A stretch of DNA of 64,000 nt from a virus. This document shows, one piece after another, positions 58,701-64,000 of the stretch. The position numbers and the translations under genes are program-made. The notes under the pieces are model-generated. The model did not search any database. It was not told the DNA's origin and was given only the letters and a program-made list of their open reading frames with translations. The stretch is from positions 1 through 64,000 of the IMG/VR virus record IMGVR_UViG_3300036715_002359; one strand, 5' to 3'. Position 1 is the stretch's first letter. Every line of letters begins with the position of its first letter.

Positions 58701-59197
58701 TTAACTTCTAAGTAGAACAACATAGACTGAGGATCAAGTGTAAGCGAAAAAGAACTACCACTACCAGTATTGTAGTGAGCCTCTAACTCTCCAGTTTCTC
58801 TTGAACGAGTATATACTCCTGGACGTAATTGTAATTGATTGGCAATAGCGTAGTTATTACCACGGTAAAGCATAGTGTGCTTACCAGTAATATGAAATGC
58901 GTCCATAAGATTGAAATCTTTTTGAACGTCTACTACCTTACCAGTTTGATTTTCAGTTAAAGTCAATGTTCCACGAATAGGATACACCAAACTCTTACTA
59001 GTTAAAATGGCTTCTTTCTCATCTGCGGCTGTAAAATGCTTAGGCTCAGGTCTAATATCAGAAACACTCAGAGTATAATTCTTAGTAACGATAGGGAATT
59101 GGGAAGTCACACCCGCAACTAGAGCAGCGTCAACATTGTGACTAATTTCTTCTGGAGATGAGAATATGCGTTGTAGGTCTTGGGCTTGTTTAGGCAT
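55775..59197 (-). CDS. rpoB: Phage RNA polymerase beta subunit fused to the beta' N-terminal segment
   Basis: TPESG, GYN-EDG, GDKL-G-HGNKG, NP-SV-SR-NLGQ, G-ME; then GGLFD...H-KLAE---NPVF. Confidence 0.93.
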   Translation of the reverse strand: MPKQAQDLQRIFSSPEEISHNVDAALVAGVTSQFPIVTKNYTLSVSDIRPEPKHFTAADEKEAILTSKSLVYPIRGTLTLTENQTGKVVDVQKDFNLMDAFHITGKHTMLYRGNNYAIANQLQLRPGVYTRSRETGELEAHYNTGSGSSFSLTLDPQSMLFYLEVKSSRILLAPLLSRVFNVGPKEIMAYVPGEVWHENLTASAGKEGKIINDLYQKLVFKKDPSASEEDKILALRLALENSQLSVATTKVTLGKPIASVTHEALLLSLRNLVEVHAGKKPEDNRDSLQFKSVQNLPDFLETRFKKEKLLTGTLKSRIAYSLDRAEKTGEPIKIKNTVVSKPFNKLFSSYILESNLVTTPSETNPIESLENVGKVTILGGLEGGIGNERGVPMSARDIDPSHLGIIDPSRTPESGHAGIDQRFTISARRDKEGNTYCRVLDKAGKEHFLSVHEMMTSTIGFPHQKGKKIVQAQVKGVLGDCDVKDIDYWLADTTDMYTVTTNLVPFLNSNHPGRLTMAGKAIPQALSLVNREQPLVQTVDSNGVPFIMQLAKTISATASPVDGVVVSISKEKIVIKGTDDGKNHTITLVKNLPFNMKGFYDDDAPLVKVGDTVKRFQVLVDNNYTKDGGLALGKNLNVAYMPYKGYNHEDGLVISKTCADSLASHHAYKVDYDIQASTVLKKSLLPRYFPGKWTREQLDKLDDRGFPNIGAIFKKGDPVYIVLEKREPTPEDKMLGRLHKTLVLPYRPVSEIWSHDEPGEVVDAHTAGKAIRILMRSVKDLEVGDKLTGFHGNKGIVSLILNDNEMPYNKETGKPADIVLNPASVTSRINLGQLMETVAGKIALKTGKPYLIHNFSKTSNIGELHAELQKHGIPDSEMFVDPKTGKDLGKVLTGPQYFTKLYKTSDQNYSARNVGGYDNNLQPTKGGEEGSKSVGYMEMLGLMGSDARKNLKEIATLKSQENSDYWRKFVTGQPLPKPRQTFATEKFLNYLNASGVKTSIDNGIITASPMTDADILAQSNGALKEPLRLSAKNLEPEKGGLFDAALTGGVKGTKWTHYKLAESIVNPVFERPVKSLLGLKSSEFDALATGTMGLVHEKDGIFHVHDTSTGKYLKTINTHASNLVEEEQEPEEIEDDDLIN

Positions 59198-59223
59198 TTT
59201 ATTATTCGGTTAGATTACTAATT

Positions 59224-59520
59224 TTAAACAGTTTGGACTAATTCTAGATAAGTTACTACTAAAAAGAATTGTTGCATAAACGTAAATTTTTCTTTTTGTA
59301 GCACAACTATCTCTTTTCCTTGAAGCCCAGCAGTCTCTAATAGTTCAAGCTCTGCTACGGCTCCGCTATCATCTAAATCATATTTTCCGTAGCGTACTCT
59401 ATACTTTGTTAGATCGAATTTATTTGTGTTTTGACCACCAAATCCAGGCATAGAAATATTTTCTACCTTCATTGGTTGGGATGCTAACATTGCTGCGCTA
59501 TTGTTTCCTGACTCTGCCAT
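59224..59520 (-). CDS. Hypothetical protein
   Basis: Between portal and RNAP genes. Confidence 0.7.
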   Translation of the reverse strand: MAESGNNSAAMLASQPMKVENISMPGFGGQNTNKFDLTKYRVRYGKYDLDDSGAVAELELLETAGLQGKEIVVLQKEKFTFMQQFFLVVTYLELVQTV

Positions 59521-59522
59521 TT

Positions 59523-61355
59523 TTAATCTTCTTTTTTAGGTGTTGGTTTTTTATCTGGAGTTGGTTTGCTGGAAGATTTAGAATCTCCACCTTTATTATC
59601 AGCTCCACTACCACCTGGTTTCCCAGGTTGAGGCTGTTCATCATTCATACCTGGTTCTGCTGCTGTTTGTTGACTTGCTTGAAATTCTTCTAAAAGTCTA
59701 GATACTAGAATAAACATTGGGAAATCAGTAACTTGTAAGTTATTAAGAATTTGAACGACTTCCATTTCATCGCCTTGGTACAATTGCTGAGCAATTGCTT
59801 GTGCCTTAGTCAAACTAGAACGGTAATCGTTATCTTTATCAAACTTATCCACAATCTCTTTGGATGCTAAGAATACTGCTTGATCAACAACAAACTTAGT
59901 TTCCACATCTTTAATAGATTGAGTAATTGTATCACGTTGTTTAGCTTCCAGTTCTTTTTCGAAGTCCATACCAAATGCTTCAAATAAAGTAGATGGTGCT
60001 CCTTGTCCTTCTTTAACCATTTCTAATAGCATATTACGTAATGCATCGTCATCAGTAAGTTTGAAAGGAATGAAATCAACTCTGCAAGTCTCAATACCTA
60101 AATACTTACTAACGTGTAACATAACCCAGTTAACTAAATCCACAATTTGGGAAGTGTAAGTCAACATGGTATTCTCTAACAAACGTAATCCAGTAGTAGA
60201 ACTTTGCCAATTAGTGACACCAGATAATAGTTCTTTGGAAACACCTAAAGCTAATAGAATTGATTCTTCAGCTTGAGCAATTTCCTGTGATACCAATAGG
60301 TTTTTGCCTTCTCCACTAATAGCTTGATACCCAATAGGTACTGGAGCAATAAGAATATGGTTCTTATCTTTACGATGTTGTGACAATGCCGCCGTCATGT
60401 TACCTACAAAGTTCTTCATAGAAATAGACACTACAGGATCTGACTGGCCAGTTTGAGCAGTAGGGTAAACAACTCTCAACGGATTCATAAAGTCGGTAGA
60501 AATCGATTCATTAGCCTTGCGTAGTGTGGCTTGGTAATATACTAATGGGAACAACGAAATCAGCGGTGGAATAGCAATACCATTAATGGAATGACCAGCA
60601 CTAACATTCTTTAAATGGAAGATATGATTGTCATCGAATTTGAAATCTTGATTATTCTTAATAGCTTCAATTAGACCCCAAGGTACTGAGTTAACAAAAA
60701 GCTTGTCACCTTGTTGTACACGTTTCTTAATTTCATTAGGAATTTTATAATAGAACTCTGACTCTCCAGTGATGGGGTTGTGGTTCATAGCTATATGTGT
60801 TGGATCCCATTTAATTAGATTCATATCGGGGACGTGAACACTCTTAGCGTCCATACGCTTGAATTCTCCAACAAATTTACAAGCAGGGCAAGTACCATGC
60901 CATCCAAATTTCTTGAAAGTAGTAAAGATAGCTTTCTTAGCGTTGTACACTGTGGCACATCCTGGACATACCAATGAACGCTGAATAGGAAAATACACGG
61001 AAACGAAAACGTTACCAACTGTGTAGTATTCAAAGCCAATATCATGTAATAGGGGCTTTAGTTTAAAACTAGTAAAGACTTCTTTATACTTCTCTTTTAC
61101 TCGTTCACTTTTAGAGTCAACGACAAAATCAGTAATAGGATAGGTAGATAGTTTACGAATAACCTCAGTAGTAACTGGGCTTTGCATAGTAATGTATCTC
61201 GACCATCTGATAACGTCATGTAAATTACGAGGTAGGAACTGATTCGCTACTGTAAAGAATGGACTCGTTGCTGCAGCATAGTTACCCTGTGTAGAGCTTA
61301 GGCCAGATGCACCGTTTGTGCCTGGGATTATAGGTGGTTGAAAGTTGCTATCCAT
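59523..61355 (-). CDS. Portal protein
   Basis: Y---GN-F-S, I-HLK, G--IPPL, I---LGV--ELL-G patterns; Zn-finger insert; 610 aa. Confidence 0.75.
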   Translation of the reverse strand: MDSNFQPPIIPGTNGASGLSSTQGNYAAATSPFFTVANQFLPRNLHDVIRWSRYITMQSPVTTEVIRKLSTYPITDFVVDSKSERVKEKYKEVFTSFKLKPLLHDIGFEYYTVGNVFVSVYFPIQRSLVCPGCATVYNAKKAIFTTFKKFGWHGTCPACKFVGEFKRMDAKSVHVPDMNLIKWDPTHIAMNHNPITGESEFYYKIPNEIKKRVQQGDKLFVNSVPWGLIEAIKNNQDFKFDDNHIFHLKNVSAGHSINGIAIPPLISLFPLVYYQATLRKANESISTDFMNPLRVVYPTAQTGQSDPVVSISMKNFVGNMTAALSQHRKDKNHILIAPVPIGYQAISGEGKNLLVSQEIAQAEESILLALGVSKELLSGVTNWQSSTTGLRLLENTMLTYTSQIVDLVNWVMLHVSKYLGIETCRVDFIPFKLTDDDALRNMLLEMVKEGQGAPSTLFEAFGMDFEKELEAKQRDTITQSIKDVETKFVVDQAVFLASKEIVDKFDKDNDYRSSLTKAQAIAQQLYQGDEMEVVQILNNLQVTDFPMFILVSRLLEEFQASQQTAAEPGMNDEQPQPGKPGGSGADNKGGDSKSSSKPTPDKKPTPKKED

Positions 61356-61492
61356 ATGGAAGTTAGAGTCTTTATTAAAATAATTACTTTCCTATTTTAA
61401 AGGAAATATATTCATAAGTCAATTCACCAAGTAAGTATTTGGTATAAGTAAAATATCGTGAGCAATTATGCTTACGTACCACAGGAGAAATC

Positions 61493-61756
61493 ATGTTCGA
61501 ACACAATGTCTTTATTAATCCCCCTGATGTAAAACAAAGAGTCAGAAAACACGATCTGGCAGTATTTAACAAGCGTATGGAAAAGCGAGCACTGCGGAAT
61601 AGCAAACATGCTCGTCGGGCTTGTCGCACTATGATGACTCGAATCCATATGGGTATTGCTCGTGAAGATTTATTCGCACATGACACTGGGGTGGTGGAAA
61701 AAATTCAGTCAGCAGCAAAAATACTCTGGTTAAATATCAAGGCAATATTTCAATAA
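61493..61756 (+). CDS. Hypothetical protein
   Basis: Promoter 61439-61448; CCACAGGAGA RBS. Confidence 0.7.
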   Translation: MFEHNVFINPPDVKQRVRKHDLAVFNKRMEKRALRNSKHARRACRTMMTRIHMGIAREDLFAHDTGVVEKIQSAAKILWLNIKAIFQ

Positions 61757-61852
61757 TATGGGTATGTATTTGGTATAAGTATAGTGTAGAGGAAATAACC
61801 GTATCAACAATATATCTTCTACACACCTCAATATCACCACATGGAGAAAACG

Positions 61853-62131
61853 ATGTCGAATACTCATAACAAAGTTAGCAAAGAAAATACCGAAGTCGGA
61901 ACCAATAACGAAAGTACGTTGGCCGCATTGTTGGGCATTATGCAGGCACAGCTGGACCAGAAAGATGCAGACCTGGCAGCAATACGTGCAACAGCGGCAA
62001 CAAAAACTGAAATCAAATCGACCTGGGTTGATCACGTTGTTTCCGGTATCTCGATCCTCGGTATCGCCGGTGGTCTGGCAGCTGGCGGCACAATGTTGTA
62101 CAGTCTGTTCAGTTCGAGCGACCAGAACTAA
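61853..62131 (+). CDS. Coiled-coil protein with C-terminal TM
   Basis: Promoter 61770-61779; CCACATGGAGA RBS before ATG 61853. Confidence 0.7.
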   Translation: MSNTHNKVSKENTEVGTNNESTLAALLGIMQAQLDQKDADLAAIRATAATKTEIKSTWVDHVVSGISILGIAGGLAAGGTMLYSLFSSSDQN

Positions 62132-62219
62132 CGGTCAGGTAATAGTGTAGGAGAAGGAGGGCGGAACACACGCCCTTCTTCTTATGTTTTTCAATCCTAA
62201 ACTTTACCTTGAAAGAATC

Positions 62220-62642
62220 ATGAGCAAATCAATACAAGAGCAATTAGCTCTAATTATGGAGCAGCTGCCAGCACCGGGAAATAAGAAATCGAGAGAGGTC
62301 ATAAACCTACAAGATTTTTCTGTTGAACACCAGGCACAAACAGCACGAGACAAGGGGCACGATAAATCATCCCCTAATTACCTAAACAATGTAACTAAAT
62401 TTGAAAAGAAAGACCCACAGGTTTCGACATGTATCGAGAATCCTACTCTCTCAGATATACTTCATCTGTTACCTAACGCCAAAGTAGAAGAGATTTACAA
62501 GTTGATTTACGAGATCGAACGAGCCAGATTGGCTGCAATAAAGAGTGAAGAATTAAATAGTCGGATTTTCACAGTGTCTATCTGTGTTACTCTGCTGGCT
62601 GGTGTAATAAGTATAGGGGTTCTTATTTTACGTAGCTTTTAG
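62220..62642 (+). CDS. Protein with C-terminal TM
   Basis: ORF ending in a hydrophobic helix; start may be 62184. Confidence 0.65.
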   Translation: MSKSIQEQLALIMEQLPAPGNKKSREVINLQDFSVEHQAQTARDKGHDKSSPNYLNNVTKFEKKDPQVSTCIENPTLSDILHLLPNAKVEEIYKLIYEIERARLAAIKSEELNSRIFTVSICVTLLAGVISIGVLILRSF

Positions 62643-62742
62643 GGGTAATAACTAAATGAAGGCTGTAAAATAAGCGCTAAGATAGACAAGCAACAAGACC
62701 TCAGTTATACTGGGGTTTTGTTTTTTAGCTTAAGGAAGCCAA

Positions 62743-63060
62743 ATGAATTTTACTTTTGAAAATACTTTGATTAAAAACTACTTTGAAGGTAGTGATGAGT
62801 ACATTCCAGTTTCAGAATTGATATATCTGCACGAACACCCCCTTATCAAGGATTCGTTCTTAATAGAAATTGAAAGATTAATAAACGTTACAACTGAGTT
62901 GATGATTGCTAAAAAAATGCAAGGTGTTATTGTTCAAAAATTTGTTGATGTCACAATGAAACTTGGGGCAGAATTACCAAGTATCACTCAGCAAAACGCC
63001 CCAATAATTTTAGAACACTTACGAACTATTTATAAACTTTGTAATTCTTTATTGAACTAA
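62743..63060 (+). CDS. Hypothetical protein
   Basis: TAAGGA RBS. Confidence 0.65.
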   Translation: MNFTFENTLIKNYFEGSDEYIPVSELIYLHEHPLIKDSFLIEIERLINVTTELMIAKKMQGVIVQKFVDVTMKLGAELPSITQQNAPIILEHLRTIYKLCNSLLN

Positions 63061-64000
63061 GAAAGTATTAATTAATACTAAGCTTCCAGTGTTAGTATCA
63101 GAAGCATCTGCTCCAATACGTTCTAGAATAACATTTAGTTTTTCTTTATTCAAAGTCCAAACTCCTCCAACAAATCCAGCAAATTGTGTGTTAGGAACAA
63201 TTGCAGTTGCAGTGATGTTTGTTTGAATAGCATTAGCTGCACCTGTTACAGTGATAGTTTCATTGCTTGTAGTTATTGTAGTTGCACTAGTCAAATCTCC
63301 TACTGCGAATCCTTTATGACGTAAGCGAACAACAAAGTTACCGCTAGAAGCAGTAGAAGCAAATGTCATTTTTACACGAATAGCTTTAAAAGGATTAGTA
63401 GTTAATGCTGATCCAGCTAGTTGTAGAATTACTCCGCTCGTAGCTGCATCTGCAAAAGTTGCACTAGGAATCTCATTAGTAACGCCAATTGTTGCACCAC
63501 CCGAAGTTAATGCAATAGGAGTAACGTGTTGGTAAATACCTTTTAAATAAGGAGCACTAGCGTGTAAGGCAACTACTGGATTAGTAGTACCTTGAATATA
63601 AGTGATGTTAAATAATGGAAATTTACCAGAAGTAGTAGAGGCAGGAACTTCAGTACCTGTGGTTGCGGCTGTACCAGCTACTGTGCTTAACACTAATTCA
63701 CCATGAGTAAGCGTTGATGGTAAATAAAGATTAGCTGAATCAAGATTAGGTAAAGTAGAAGTAGAAATGTTACTAGTAGTTAACTCATTAAAGGTACCTT
63801 CAATAGTATATACAATTGATGTACCAGCAGTTACTGGAGGAGTAAATGTGAAATCAGTGGTTTTAGTAATTAAAGCTTGCTTCATAATTACGTCTGTAAT
63901 TGAAGTGCTTACAGCACGAGCTTCATACACTACACCTGGAGCAACTCTAATAACGTTAGTACTTGGAGTTGAAATTCCCAATCCCGCCATGGAACGAACT
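63049..64000 (-). CDS. Baseplate/tail structural protein (5' end beyond window)
   Basis: Frame stays open to the window edge; V-PG--Y and G-AA-TG---P patterns. Confidence 0.6.
   Translation of the reverse strand, partial: VRSMAGLGISTPSTNVIRVAPGVVYEARAVSTSITDVIMKQALITKTTDFTFTPPVTAGTSIVYTIEGTFNELTTSNISTSTLPNLDSANLYLPSTLTHGELVLSTVAGTAATTGTEVPASTTSGKFPLFNITYIQGTTNPVVALHASAPYLKGIYQHVTPIALTSGGATIGVTNEIPSATFADAATSGVILQLAGSALTTNPFKAIRVKMTFASTASSGNFVVRLRHKGFAVGDLTSATTITTSNETITVTGAANAIQTNITATAIVPNTQFAGFVGGVWTLNKEKLNVILERIGADASDTNTGSLVLINTFLVQ

Noticed and set aside
1-64000. tRNA or rRNA genes
   Set aside because: No cloverleaf with T-loop/D-loop consensus was recognised by eye; tRNAscan-SE or ARAGORN would be decisive.

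Overview
This window is a 64-kb AT-rich segment of a large contractile-tailed (myovirus-type) bacteriophage genome that encodes its own multi-subunit RNA polymerase. The minus strand carries virion genes: portal, prohead protease, scaffold and internal head proteins sharing a K-x-A / N-K-Y-L-E-K-I-A motif, major capsid, neck, sheath, tube, baseplate and tail fibres. It also carries an RNAP split into three genes: beta fused to the N-terminus of beta', a catalytic beta' middle piece, and a beta' C-terminal piece. Plus-strand accessory cassettes are interleaved between them; most start with a conserved TTGGTATAAG promoter-like motif and end at bidirectional terminators. Two candidate novel systems stand out. 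(1) A retron-type reverse transcriptase (739-1890) whose 5' leader and 3' trailer are complementary to each other across the gene, with an overlapping partner ORF. (2) A promoter- and terminator-bounded, highly structured ~190-nt non-coding RNA (~15445-15634) whose partly exposed ATCTCCTGTGGG segment is complementary to a CCACAGGAGA ribosome-binding motif shared by at least seven plus-strand genes. All functional calls come from motifs recognised by eye; no database search was run.
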